Shown here: piece after piece, positions 6,365-16,081 of the stretch
How the letters are laid out: every line of letters begins with the position of its first letter
Position numbering within the stretch: the first letter of the stretch is position 1
Assembly: GCA_041494705.1 (NCBI GenBank)
Contig: JBGQBI010000002.1
Span: 120,001 to 152,000, forward strand
Direction of reading: 5' to 3'
Length of the DNA stretch: 32,000 nt
From: Candidatus Methanoperedens sp.
GTDB taxonomy: Archaea > Halobacteriota > Methanosarcinia > Methanosarcinales > Methanoperedenaceae
Notes under the pieces: generated by a model
What the model was told of the DNA's origin: nothing
Database searches by the model: none
Seen by the model: only the letters and a program-made list of their open reading frames with translations
Program-made: the position numbers and the translations under genes

Positions 6365-7627
6365 ATGTTAATAAAACCTATTTCTGAACTTACGGCAGAG
6401 GAGTCGGCACGGTTGTTCAATCGCAGCGCAGGGCTTTCGGATGTGATGGCGCCTGTAATTTCCATACTCAATGATGTGAGAGAAAATGGGGATGCTGCCG
6501 TTCGTAAATATACAGAGCAGTTTGACAGGGCAAAAATACATGAAATAGAAGTTTCCCACAAAGAAATCCATGATGCGCTTTTTTCACTGGATAAAAACTT
6601 ACTTACCCATATCAAAAAAGCAGCCTCGAATATTCGAGCATTCCATGAAGCCCAGGTCTCAAAGGATTGGATAAAGGAGTTTGCGCCCGGGCTTAAACTC
6701 GGGCAGCGAATCACGCCGCTTGATATTGCAGGTGCCTATGTTCCCGGGGGAAGGGCAGCGTATCCCAGCACAGCTCTCATGACCGTAATACCGGCAAAAG
6801 TGGCGGGAGTGGGCAAGGTCATCATATGCACCCCGCCAGGGCATGATGGAACCGTGAACCCTCTGACGCTTGCCGCGGCGCACATCGCAGGCGCTGACAG
6901 GGTATTCCGTGCCGGAGGCGTGCAGGCGATAGCGGCTATGGCTTACGGGACAGAGACCATCCCGAAGGTTGATAAAATAGTGGGACCCGGCAATGTTTAT
7001 GTCACCGCTGCCAAGATGGCATGCGGTACAGCTATTGATTTTCCTGCTGGCCCGAGCGAGGTGCTGGTAATTGCGGATGGTTCTGCAAGGGCTGATTTTA
7101 TTGCGTCGGATATGATTGCACAGGCAGAGCATGACCCCAATGCCGTTTCGATCCTTGTAACGCCGTCAGAAGAACTTGGAGAGAAGGTAAAACAAGAGAT
7201 AGAAAACCGGTTAAAAACTGAGGCAAGGGCAGAAATCATCAGCAGCTCGCTTGAAAATGCAGCCATACTCACAGGGATTCTGGATGAGTGTATTGAATTC
7301 TCAAATAACTTCGCGCCCGAGCATCTTGAAATAATGACCGGGCAGGATATTCTCGGAAGGATCAGGCACGCAGGCTCGATATTTGTTGGTTCACATGCGC
7401 CCGTATCCGCGGGAGATTACGCATCGGGCACAAACCATGTGCTTCCCACGGCAGGATATGCAAGGATGTTTTCCGGGTTGAATGTTGACCATTTTGTGAC
7501 AAAGTCGAGCGTTCAAATAATCGATAAGAAAGGGCTTGATGGAATTAGTGAGACAATCATCGGTCTTGCGGAGGCTGAAGGGCTTTCTGCGCATGCGAAT
7601 GCGGTGAGGATAAGGAAAGGAGCCTGA
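6365..7627 (+). CDS. hisD: Histidinol dehydrogenase
   Basis: 420 aa, full-length and collinear with HisD, including the QAEHD and SxGDY…G.NHVLPT zinc/substrate motifs. A TATA-like tttatcatatttta lies about 25 nt upstream of the ATG, so the transcript may be leaderless. Confidence 0.95.
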   Translation: MLIKPISELTAEESARLFNRSAGLSDVMAPVISILNDVRENGDAAVRKYTEQFDRAKIHEIEVSHKEIHDALFSLDKNLLTHIKKAASNIRAFHEAQVSKDWIKEFAPGLKLGQRITPLDIAGAYVPGGRAAYPSTALMTVIPAKVAGVGKVIICTPPGHDGTVNPLTLAAAHIAGADRVFRAGGVQAIAAMAYGTETIPKVDKIVGPGNVYVTAAKMACGTAIDFPAGPSEVLVIADGSARADFIASDMIAQAEHDPNAVSILVTPSEELGEKVKQEIENRLKTEARAEIISSSLENAAILTGILDECIEFSNNFAPEHLEIMTGQDILGRIRHAGSIFVGSHAPVSAGDYASGTNHVLPTAGYARMFSGLNVDHFVTKSSVQIIDKKGLDGISETIIGLAEAEGLSAHANAVRIRKGA

Positions 7628-7630
7628 TAA

Positions 7631-10600
7631 ATGAAATTCGCCGCCAGTGATGCGATGCTTTCTTATTTTAATGGCCTCGAATCCGAGCTTAACCGCGCCA
7701 TCGACCACGCCAACCGCGCGCGCGCAAACGGCGCCGACCCTTTGCCGTCCGTTGAAATACCCATCGCAAAAGACCTTGCTGACAGGGTTGAAAAGCTCAT
7801 CGGCGTTGAGGGTGTTGCAAAGCGGTTAAGAGAGCTTGAATCTTCCATGTCCCGCGAAGAGGCTTCGCTGCAGCTCGGTCTTGAGGTGGCGAGCGGCAAA
7901 ATCAAACAGTTTGAATCACAAAAGGATGCCATTGAGGCTGCCGTAAGGGTTGCGATGGCCGTACTCACAGAAGGAGTCGTGGCAGCGCCAATAGAGGGCA
8001 TCGCAAAAATAGACCTTGCGAAGAATGACGACGGCTCTGATTACATCAGGATTTATTACGCCGGACCAATCAGGAGCGCGGGCGGCACTGCACAGGCGCT
8101 GTCAGTGCTGGCTGCTGACTATATCCGCGGAAGCCTGGGGATTAACCGTTTTATCCCGCGGGCTGAAGAGGTGGAAAGGTATGTGGAAGAAATCGCTGCA
8201 TATCACAGGGCTGTCCACCTTCAGTATTTGCCAACAGATGAAGAAATCAGGCTAATTGTGCGGAACTGCCCTATCTGCATCGACGGAGAGCCCACGGAGG
8301 AGGCTGAGGTAGAAGGGCGGCGCGACCTTGCCCGCGTCGAGACAAACAGGATACGCGGCGGCATGGCGCTTGTCATTGCCGAAGGTATTGCGCTCAAAGC
8401 CCCGAAAGTGAAAAAGCATGTGGATAAATTGAAACTCCCGGGCTGGGACTTTCTTGAGAAATTCGTGGTAACGGTGAAAACGGATGACGCCTCGGCGCAG
8501 TTAAAACCAAAGGACAAGTACCTTCAGGATTTAATTGCGGGGAGACCGGTTTTTTCATACCCTTCAAGACCCGGGGGATTCAGGCTCAGGTACGGCAGGG
8601 GGAGGAATACGAGTTTTGCCGCCGCGGGTATCAGCCCCGCAACGATGGTAATGATGGATGATTTCATAGCCGCGGGGACACAGATTAAAGTGGAGCGCCC
8701 GGGTAAAGCAGCGGGCATCGCGCCTGTGGATACGATAGAAGGTCCAACCGTACGTTTATTCAACGGGGATGTTTTAAGAGTGGACACGCAGGAAGAATCT
8801 TTAAAAATAAGACCATCGGTACAGAGGATTCTCGATGTCGGGGAGATTCTAATAAACTTCGGGGATTTTCTTGAGAATAACCATCCTCTTGTGCCTTCAT
8901 CATACTGTTATGAATGGTGGCTCCAGGAGCTTGCCGCAAAGACACCTCTAAACGAACCGGGAGATTTGAGAAACCCGGACCAGAAAACGGCGCTATCCCT
9001 GTCTGACAAATATAAAGTGCCGCTTCATCCGAAATACACGTATCTCTGGCATGATATTTCACTCGATGAGTATACGGCTTTAGCTGAATACATCCAGAAA
9101 AACGGGAAATTTGCTGAAAAAGTTGAATTTCCTATAGATGACATAATAAAAACCATTCTTGAGACATTGCTTGTACCTCATATCGTGCGTGAGAAACTTA
9201 TTTTTATCGAAGAGCCGCTCCCGTTGATGAGATGCCTCGGTCTTGACGCAAATTTGAAAAAGACATGGGTTTCTGTGGAATATAATATTATGGATACTGT
9301 TTCAAAGGTGAGCGGAATAACTATCCGAAGCCGCGCGCCCATCAGAATCGGGGGGAGGATGGGAAGACCTGAGAAATCGGACAAAAGGGAAATGAAACCT
9401 GCGCCGCATGTGCTTTTTCCTATCGGTGAAGCGGGAGGACGGCGAAGGTCGCTTAAGACCGCGAGGGATTATATCGATGATACCGATAACGGCGGGAAAA
9501 ATAATAATGAGTTTAAGACAGGACTTTCTGTCCAGACAGAAAAGGCTGGAACGATAAAAGTCCAGATTGGCCAGCGCATCTGCCCTTCGTGTAAGACCAG
9601 GACGTTCAAGAACAGGTGCACATGCGGTAAATTTACGCATCCGCTTCTTAAATGCCCGTCCTGCGGGCGTGAAGACCCAAAACCCGTGTGCCCGAAGTGC
9701 AAGAAAGAGACCACATCTGTCACTGAACTGGAGATTGATTTCAAGGCAGAGTACCAGAAGGCGCTGGATAATGTGGGCGAGAGGGACAACTTTGACTCGA
9801 TAAAAGGGGTTATCGGTCTTACCTCAAAAAATAAAACGCCTGAGCCGCTTGAAAAAGGAATCCTTCGTGCAAAACATGATATTGTGATGTTCAAGGACGG
9901 GACTGTAAGATATGACCTTTCCGACCTGCCTCTCACGCATATAAAACCGAAGGAGTTAGGGATTTCAGTTCCGAAGCTGAAAGAGCTCGGGTATGTGAAT
10001 GACACGTATGGAAAACCACTCGTTGATGAAAACCAGGTTCTCGAACTTAAAGTCCAGGACATTGTCGTCTCAAAGGACTGTGCTGAATACCTGCTCAAGA
10101 CCGCAAGATTCATAGACGACCTCCTGACCAAGTATTACAAGGTCGGCGCTTACTACAATATTAACAGCGCCAACGACCTCATCGGGAAATTGGTGATTGG
10201 GCTTGCGCCTCATACTTCGGCGGGTGTCCTCGGACGGCTGGTGGGTTTCACAACTGCGTCCGTGGGCTATGCGCATCCTTTTTTCCATGCAGCCAAGCGG
10301 CGAAACTGCGATGGGGATGAAGACTGTGTGATGCTGCTCATGGATGGGCTTCTTAACTTCTCGCGCTCGTACCTCCCGGACAAGCGCGGCGGGCAGATGG
10401 ACGCGCCTCTTGTGCTCACCTCGCGCATCGACCCGGATGAGGTTGATAAGGAGGCGCATAATGTGGATTTGCTTTTCAGGTATCCCCTTGAGTTCTATGA
10501 GGCGACGCTGCAATACAAGAACCCGAAGGATATCGTGAAGCTCATGGATACGGTGAGCGGAAGGCTCGGGACGCCGGCTCAGTACGAGGGCTTCGGCTTC

Positions 10601-11059
10601 ACCCACGACACCGCCGATATCGCGGCAGGACCGAGGAACAGCGCCTACAAGACTCTCGGGACGATGATAGAGAAGATGGATGCGCAGCTTGCCCTGGCGC
10701 GAAAGATTAAGGCTGTTGACCCGCAGGATGTTGCCGAGCGCGTAATCGAATCGCATTTCCTCCCAGACCTTATCGGAAATTTGCGCTCGTTCTCAAAGCA
10801 AAAAGTGAGATGCACGAAGTGCAACGCGAAGTACAGGCGCCCGCCGCTTCGGGGCACATGCCCGAAGTGCGGCGGGAATATCGTGCTTACGGTGCATGAG
10901 GGCTCTGTGCGAAAGTATCTTGAGACATCACTTAGGATAGCGGATGAGTATAATGTGCGGCATTATACAAAGCAGAGGCTTGAGTTACTGGAGCTTGAGA
11001 TGAGGTCGCTGTTTGAGAGCGATAAGGTGAAGCAGAAGGGGCTCGCGGATTTTATGTAA
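7631..11059 (+). CDS. polC: DNA polymerase II (PolD) large subunit DP2
   Basis: 1142 aa, of typical archaeal DP2 length and organisation, with several CxxC zinc-finger clusters (CPSCKT…CTCG, CPSCG…CPKC, CTKCN…CPKCG). No intein-sized insertion is seen. Confidence 0.97.
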   Translation: MKFAASDAMLSYFNGLESELNRAIDHANRARANGADPLPSVEIPIAKDLADRVEKLIGVEGVAKRLRELESSMSREEASLQLGLEVASGKIKQFESQKDAIEAAVRVAMAVLTEGVVAAPIEGIAKIDLAKNDDGSDYIRIYYAGPIRSAGGTAQALSVLAADYIRGSLGINRFIPRAEEVERYVEEIAAYHRAVHLQYLPTDEEIRLIVRNCPICIDGEPTEEAEVEGRRDLARVETNRIRGGMALVIAEGIALKAPKVKKHVDKLKLPGWDFLEKFVVTVKTDDASAQLKPKDKYLQDLIAGRPVFSYPSRPGGFRLRYGRGRNTSFAAAGISPATMVMMDDFIAAGTQIKVERPGKAAGIAPVDTIEGPTVRLFNGDVLRVDTQEESLKIRPSVQRILDVGEILINFGDFLENNHPLVPSSYCYEWWLQELAAKTPLNEPGDLRNPDQKTALSLSDKYKVPLHPKYTYLWHDISLDEYTALAEYIQKNGKFAEKVEFPIDDIIKTILETLLVPHIVREKLIFIEEPLPLMRCLGLDANLKKTWVSVEYNIMDTVSKVSGITIRSRAPIRIGGRMGRPEKSDKREMKPAPHVLFPIGEAGGRRRSLKTARDYIDDTDNGGKNNNEFKTGLSVQTEKAGTIKVQIGQRICPSCKTRTFKNRCTCGKFTHPLLKCPSCGREDPKPVCPKCKKETTSVTELEIDFKAEYQKALDNVGERDNFDSIKGVIGLTSKNKTPEPLEKGILRAKHDIVMFKDGTVRYDLSDLPLTHIKPKELGISVPKLKELGYVNDTYGKPLVDENQVLELKVQDIVVSKDCAEYLLKTARFIDDLLTKYYKVGAYYNINSANDLIGKLVIGLAPHTSAGVLGRLVGFTTASVGYAHPFFHAAKRRNCDGDEDCVMLLMDGLLNFSRSYLPDKRGGQMDAPLVLTSRIDPDEVDKEAHNVDLLFRYPLEFYEATLQYKNPKDIVKLMDTVSGRLGTPAQYEGFGFTHDTADIAAGPRNSAYKTLGTMIEKMDAQLALARKIKAVDPQDVAERVIESHFLPDLIGNLRSFSKQKVRCTKCNAKYRRPPLRGTCPKCGGNIVLTVHEGSVRKYLETSLRIADEYNVRHYTKQRLELLELEMRSLFESDKVKQKGLADFM

Positions 11060-11135
11060 ATATAATGTCAGAAATTTATAAATAACACTAAATTAATTTT
11101 GGGCGCTTTCGCAAACCCAAGGCACCGTTTTAAAT

Positions 11136-11669
11136 CTAAGTTAATTCTCTTTTTAAGATTTTATGTGCAATATTTAGCTGCTTAAATTTCTCAGTGTCCC
11201 CGGTAGGCATATCCGGATGTAATTCTTTTGCCATAGCTTTGTATTTTGTAGTAATTATCTCCAGATCGTTCAAATCAGGGTCAACGCCAAAAAACTTTCG
11301 TGCCTCTTTGCGTTTATCATCAACATCTGAATCCTCCCTGAACTCTGAAATAAAGTCGTCAAAAGTTTTTTTTTCAGAAAGAACCAGGTTGGACTCAAAC
11401 TCAATTACCTTGAATAGAACATGGAGATTATCAACGAATTTACTTTGCATGTTATGACTGTAATACATTCGATGGCCGCAATAGTACCAGGTCGCAGAAG
11501 CTTTAGCTTTTTTTATCGCTACATTTTCAACAGGAACATCAATGTCATTTTCATTGACACCAATACTTCTTAAAAGCATAACAATATTATTTTTTAATTG
11601 CAAGGCTCTTCGATTATGAGCATTCTTAAAAATTACTGTCTCTATTTTGTGTCCTTTTATTATTACCAT
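11136..11669 (-). CDS. Orphan protein with a C-terminal J-domain and an uncharacterised N-terminal domain
   Basis: The C-terminal 60 aa, LEIITTKYKAMAKELHPDMPTGDTEKFKQLNIAHKILK, contain the HPD tripeptide and J-domain helix II/III pattern. I do not recognise the N-terminal ~110 aa. The gene has clearly lower G+C than its neighbours. Confidence 0.75.
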   Translation of the reverse strand: MVIIKGHKIETVIFKNAHNRRALQLKNNIVMLLRSIGVNENDIDVPVENVAIKKAKASATWYYCGHRMYYSHNMQSKFVDNLHVLFKVIEFESNLVLSEKKTFDDFISEFREDSDVDDKRKEARKFFGVDPDLNDLEIITTKYKAMAKELHPDMPTGDTEKFKQLNIAHKILKRELT

Positions 11670-11810
11670 TTAATTCACTCATTTTCGTTAGTTGCAGCCA
11701 TGACTATCAACACCAAATAAAATGTACTTAGGATATTTAAATGTGACCTAACGGATATGAAAATCCGTTAAGTCGGGAACCTGCCGGCGCCAAGATTTTA
11801 TAATTTTAGC

Positions 11811-13022
11811 TTAATACAACCGTCTGCGTCTGTTACGCTGCTGCCCTCTTCTAACAACAGGCTTATTCATATCAGGCTTATTCATCCTTCTTTCAGGCTG
11901 TCTAATAGCGATCCTCTCAAAAGCAGGCACTATCTCTTCCTTTATATCCACATCATTTTCCTTCAAGACGGCTGAAAAATTATCATAATCATTTCTTGAA
12001 AGGATATTTATCGCCTTACCTTCTGCTCCGGCTCTTGCAGTCCTTCCGATTCGGTGGATATATTGCTTGCTCTCACGGGGAATATCGTAATTATAAACAT
12101 GAGAAACACCCTCGATGTCAAGCCCCCTTGCAGCCACATCCGTGCATACAAGGACACAGGATTTCCCTGAATGGAATGACCTCATAACATCGTTCCTTTT
12201 ACCCTGGGTTAATCCGCCATGAATGGCCTGGGCGTCTATACCTGAAAATCGTAAGTTCTTTGCAACTTTGTCCGTATTTCTCTTGGTATTGCAGAAAACC
12301 ATAACAAGGTCTGAGTTCTCATGCTTCAGCAAATGCACAAGTAATGAAAGCTTCATCTCATCCCCAACTTCATAATAGGTCTGGACCAGTTTTTTCGGGT
12401 CAACAAAAGAATCAACCGAAACCTGAAGCGGTTTTTTCATGTGGCTTCTTGAAAGCCGGACAACATCTTTTGTTATCGTTGCAGAGAAAAGAAGAGTCTG
12501 CCTTTCAGTCGGGCATTTTCTGATTATTCTCTCCACATCATCTTTAAATCCCATATCAAACATGCGGTCTGCTTCATCAAGCACAAGTGTTTTTACATTG
12601 CCAAATTTAATAGTACTTCTCTGGATATGGTCAAGTATCCTCCCGGGGGTTCCGACGACTACATCCGCAGTCTTCAATCCCTTTATCTGCGGACTGATTC
12701 CTACGCCGCCGTAGACCGCAATGATTTCTAATGGCCTGTATTTTGAGAATTTAATTAAAGCCTTTGCGACCTGCTCAGCCAGTTCTCGTGTGGGAGTCAG
12801 GACTAAAGCCTGGATACCTTTTCCCCGTTCAGAACTCTGTAATATACCGGCTGCAAATGCAAGCGTTTTTCCTGAGCCTGTTGCAGACCCGGCTATTACG
12901 TCCTTCCCTGCAAGTATCAAAGGGATCGATTTTTCCTGTATTTCGCTTGGGCTTTCAAACTTTGAGTCGTTTATTGATTTCAAAACAAACTCACTTATGC
13001 CCAGATTTTTAAAACTTTCCAT
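11811..13022 (-). CDS. DEAD-box ATP-dependent RNA helicase
   Basis: Motifs present: Q-motif region, AGSATGSGKT (I), PTRELA (Ia), DEAD (VLDEADRM), SAT, and HRIGRTARAG (VI). The C-terminal tail is basic. Confidence 0.95.
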   Translation of the reverse strand: MESFKNLGISEFVLKSINDSKFESPSEIQEKSIPLILAGKDVIAGSATGSGKTLAFAAGILQSSERGKGIQALVLTPTRELAEQVAKALIKFSKYRPLEIIAVYGGVGISPQIKGLKTADVVVGTPGRILDHIQRSTIKFGNVKTLVLDEADRMFDMGFKDDVERIIRKCPTERQTLLFSATITKDVVRLSRSHMKKPLQVSVDSFVDPKKLVQTYYEVGDEMKLSLLVHLLKHENSDLVMVFCNTKRNTDKVAKNLRFSGIDAQAIHGGLTQGKRNDVMRSFHSGKSCVLVCTDVAARGLDIEGVSHVYNYDIPRESKQYIHRIGRTARAGAEGKAINILSRNDYDNFSAVLKENDVDIKEEIVPAFERIAIRQPERRMNKPDMNKPVVRRGQQRNRRRRLY

Positions 13023-13350
13023 AATTTTATTTGAAAAAGCGTAATTGCTCTTTCTTTCTAACCTCTTTAATTTATATTTTTAGAACAATTAAGAGCTATA
13101 AGCACAACTTTAAAAAAGTCTAGATTAATTTACTACTTAAGAGTTATTAACCGCTTATAATGATAGGCTTCCTTTTATACTTTTGCTAGTTTGACTGGGA
13201 ATTCGAGAATTTTTATTTAGTCCTCTCCTGCAGTAAGAGAGCACTTCGGAAATGTACCTGCAACGTGGATACAATGTGAATAGTGCATAATGAAACATAA
13301 TTAAAAACTAAACATTTCAACACATTAATCTATGCTCTCTTTTTGAGTTA

Positions 13351-13390
13351 AATTTAAATATAATAAATATACAGTAGGTATCCGCATACC
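13351..13390 (+). promoter_or_regulatory. Putative amt-glnK promoter (TATA-like tract) with an overlapping palindrome
   Basis: An aatttaaatataataaatat tract (13351-13370) is followed by GGTAT-ccgc-ATACC (13377-13390). GGAGGAG follows, then the ATG at 13406. The position of the palindrome relative to the TATA fits a repressor operator. Confidence 0.3.
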
Positions 13391-13405
13391 CTTAGAGGAG
13401 AGAAA

Positions 13406-14707
13406 ATGAGCATGAAAAAATCAATTAACCTGTTATTAATGATTGGCATTGTTTTGCTTGCTGTTCCTGCCCAGGCTGCCGGAGCATCAAAAATAGATGG
13501 TAGCGACACTGCATGGGTTCTCATAAGCTCGGCTCTTGTGATGTTAATGATACCTGCCGTCGGTTTATTCTATGGCGGTATGGTAAGGAAGAAAAATTCT
13601 CTCTCGACCCTGATGTTCAGCTTTGCCATCCTTGCGTTGATAAGCTTGCAATGGGTGCTTTTTGGCTATAGCCTTGCATTCGGGCATGATGTCGGAGGGG
13701 TAATTGGCAATCTTGATTGGGTTGGGCTCAACGGCGTAGGACAGGAGCCAAATCCGGATTATGCAGCTACCATTCCCTCGCTGGCGTTTATGATATTCCA
13801 GGCAATGTTCGCAATTATCGCAGTAGCGCTCATCACAGGCGCATTCGTTGAGCGCATCAAGTTCAGTGCATTCCTTATTTTTTCTTTACTCTGGGCAACC
13901 CTTGTATACGACCCCATAGCCCATTGGGTCTGGGGTGCGGGAGGCTGGCTTCGCAACATGGGCGTTCTTGATTTCGCCGGGGGAACCGTTGTGCATGTGA
14001 GCGCGGGAGTATCTGCGGTCGCAGTTGCAATCGTGATAGGCGCCCGTAAGGGATTTGGGAAACACCAAATGGAGCCGCACAGCATACCCATGACAATCCT
14101 GGGCGCCATTCTTCTCTGGTTTGGATGGTTTGGATTCAATGCAGGAAGCGCAATAGTAAGCGGCGGGCTTTCCGCCAGCGCATTTGTGGTAACCAATACA
14201 GCCGGGGCAGCAGCCGCGCTTACGTGGATGGCCCTGAGCTGGTATCATAAGAAACCAAGTGTTCTCGGCACTGCAACCGGCGGTATAGTAGGCCTTGCAG
14301 CCATTACACCTGCCTCAGGGTTCGTCACACCCCTTGCAGCAATCGCAATTGGCGCAATAGCAGCATTGATAAGTTACTATGCAATGCTTTTCAGGATGAA
14401 GCAAAACGTAGATGAATCACTCGATGTATGGGCATGCCACGGCATGGGCGGGGCATGGGGCGTCATAGCAACCGGCATCTTCGCCACGACTCTTGTAAAT
14501 CCCGCAGGCGCAAACGGTCTGCTCTATGGTAATTCCAGCCTTCTAATAACGCAGATAACTGCTGTTGGGGTAATATGGGTGTACGCTTTTGTTGTGACAT
14601 ATATAATTGCAAAAGTCATAGACGCAACAATAGGAATGCGTGTAGGCGAGGATGAGGAAGCAATAGGTCTTGACATTGCACAGCATGCTGAGAGAGCATA
14701 TGCGTGA
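13406..14707 (+). CDS. amt: Ammonium transporter (Amt family)
   Basis: 433 aa with a signal-like N-terminus and about 11 hydrophobic segments. AmtB signatures are present (DFAGGTVVH, FGWFGFNAGS, VWACHG.GG.WG). It is followed by glnK, the classic operon arrangement. Confidence 0.95.
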   Translation: MSMKKSINLLLMIGIVLLAVPAQAAGASKIDGSDTAWVLISSALVMLMIPAVGLFYGGMVRKKNSLSTLMFSFAILALISLQWVLFGYSLAFGHDVGGVIGNLDWVGLNGVGQEPNPDYAATIPSLAFMIFQAMFAIIAVALITGAFVERIKFSAFLIFSLLWATLVYDPIAHWVWGAGGWLRNMGVLDFAGGTVVHVSAGVSAVAVAIVIGARKGFGKHQMEPHSIPMTILGAILLWFGWFGFNAGSAIVSGGLSASAFVVTNTAGAAAALTWMALSWYHKKPSVLGTATGGIVGLAAITPASGFVTPLAAIAIGAIAALISYYAMLFRMKQNVDESLDVWACHGMGGAWGVIATGIFATTLVNPAGANGLLYGNSSLLITQITAVGVIWVYAFVVTYIIAKVIDATIGMRVGEDEEAIGLDIAQHAERAYA

Positions 14708-14717
14708 GGTAGAGAAA

Positions 14718-15056
14718 ATGAAGAAAATCGAGGCGATAATAAGACCTGAAAATCTTGATGCAATTCGGGTAGGGCTTGAAAAGAAAGGCATAGTGAGCAT
14801 GACCGTTACGGAAGTGCAGGGGCGCGGACGCCAGAAAGGCGTCTGCCTGCAATGGCGGGCCGGTGAGTATTGCGTGGAATTCCTGCCAAAGCTCAAGCTT
14901 GACATTATAGTGGACGACGGTAATGTGGAACCTGCGATAGAGGCTATAAGCGAGGTAGCAAAAACAGGCAGGAACGGCGATGGGAAGATTTTCATCTATC
15001 CAGTCGAAGAGGTCATACGCCTGAGCAGCGGCGAGCGGGGAAAGCAAGCCGTTTAA
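14718..15056 (+). CDS. glnK: PII nitrogen regulatory protein GlnK
   Basis: 112 aa starting at MKKIEAIIRPENLD. It has a T-loop (GRGRQKG…RAGEY) and a B-loop (TGRNGDGKIFIYPVEE). The ATG at 14718 is preferred over the track start at 14670, which overlaps amt. Confidence 0.95.
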   Translation: MKKIEAIIRPENLDAIRVGLEKKGIVSMTVTEVQGRGRQKGVCLQWRAGEYCVEFLPKLKLDIIVDDGNVEPAIEAISEVAKTGRNGDGKIFIYPVEEVIRLSSGERGKQAV

Positions 15057-15062
15057 GCCTCA

Positions 15063-15070
15063 TTTTTTTT
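15063..15070 (+). terminator. Oligo-T (T8) tract after glnK
   Basis: T8 begins 7 nt after the glnK stop. Archaeal termination commonly uses oligo-T. The tract lies between convergent genes. Confidence 0.5.
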
Positions 15071-15074
15071 AGAT

Positions 15075-15971
15075 CTATATTATCGGCGAACCAGCAATCA
15101 GGCTCCCGACCACGTACCCCAGGATTACCCCTCCGTTAAGGAACGGCAGGCCAGCCTGGGGTTTACCTTTTATCACAAATCCCATCAGCACTGAAAATCC
15201 TACAAATGTGCCGATTATGGCGCCAATTGCGGGAATATTGACAGGACCGACAAGGGGAAGGGTGTAAGAGGCAGCTTTTACAAAAAAATTCGCAGATACA
15301 ACAAGTAATGTCGGCATAACCGCATCCCCGAGTCCCATAAAGAATGCTTCCCGTTCTTCCTTGTCGAATTTCTCGGTCAGGAAGGAATAATTCCAGTGTT
15401 TCGGGATGACCAACAATATCGGAAGCCTCAAATCCATCACGCCTTCTGCAAGCGTTATCATGTGTTTTGTCCTGTACACAGCGATATAATCATAAACAGC
15501 CAGAAGGACAAGTAACAGCAATGTTGGAATAATATCAAGCGAGATGCCAAAAATCGAAGCCGCACCCGCCCCGATGATTATGCCAATGCCATCGATCACA
15601 TACCATTCGGGAAATTTATGCAAAACGATTGTCAAACCTATTGAAATTATGAGGGTTAAAATGAAATTCGTTACCGGCGGTAAGAAATACGAGAAAACGG
15701 CGAAAAAAACATAATATAAGGTCGAAACTACTGTGAAAAGGATAAAAGCCTGTATCATCCATTTTTTATTCAGTTTTATCACAACCAATATGAAAGCGGT
15801 AAAAACGAGAATTATAGCCACCCAGTAAATCACATTGCTTGTAGCTTCCGGATTGGAAAAAGCTTTGATTTCGTTCACATCAAATGGTTTGCTAAGCGCT
15901 ACCGCGATTAGCTGGACGAGAAGCAGCACGAATGCCATGCCTATGATCGGTATGTATTTGTCGAGTTTCAA
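15075..15971 (-). CDS. Presenilin/signal-peptide-peptidase-type intramembrane aspartyl protease (archaeal PSH family)
   Basis: Polytopic membrane protein with the LAVYDYIAVY (YD) and FFMGLGDAVMP (GxGD) catalytic motifs and a PQAGLPFLNGG C-terminal motif. The start codon is TTG (+ strand caa at 15969-15971). The next ATG, at 15938, would remove the MKLDKYIPIIG segment. Confidence 0.85.
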   Translation of the reverse strand: MKLDKYIPIIGMAFVLLLVQLIAVALSKPFDVNEIKAFSNPEATSNVIYWVAIILVFTAFILVVIKLNKKWMIQAFILFTVVSTLYYVFFAVFSYFLPPVTNFILTLIISIGLTIVLHKFPEWYVIDGIGIIIGAGAASIFGISLDIIPTLLLLVLLAVYDYIAVYRTKHMITLAEGVMDLRLPILLVIPKHWNYSFLTEKFDKEEREAFFMGLGDAVMPTLLVVSANFFVKAASYTLPLVGPVNIPAIGAIIGTFVGFSVLMGFVIKGKPQAGLPFLNGGVILGYVVGSLIAGSPII

Positions 15972-16081
15972 ATTAATCTCCGCTCTTAATATGGGAGATT
16001 GGTTTTAAAAGTTTGCCAAAAAAATTCAAATAATTCCATTATCAACAAACTATTTCTTTATCCCTTCAGTATATAGGGCAG

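Noticed and set aside
11748-11771. An 8-bp hairpin, taacggat-atgaaa-atccgtta, downstream of the DEAD-box helicase gene, considered as a terminator
   Set aside because: It is not followed by an oligo-T run on the - strand, so a terminator role cannot be supported. It could be incidental.
13023-13405. A classical NrpR operator (GGAA-N6-TTCC) or a small gene in the long amt upstream region
   Set aside because: No GGAA-N6-TTCC match was found by eye. Only a near-match, ACC-N7-TGG, is present at 13256-13268. There is no ORF with an RBS. Only the GGTAT-N4-ATACC palindrome is reported, at low confidence.
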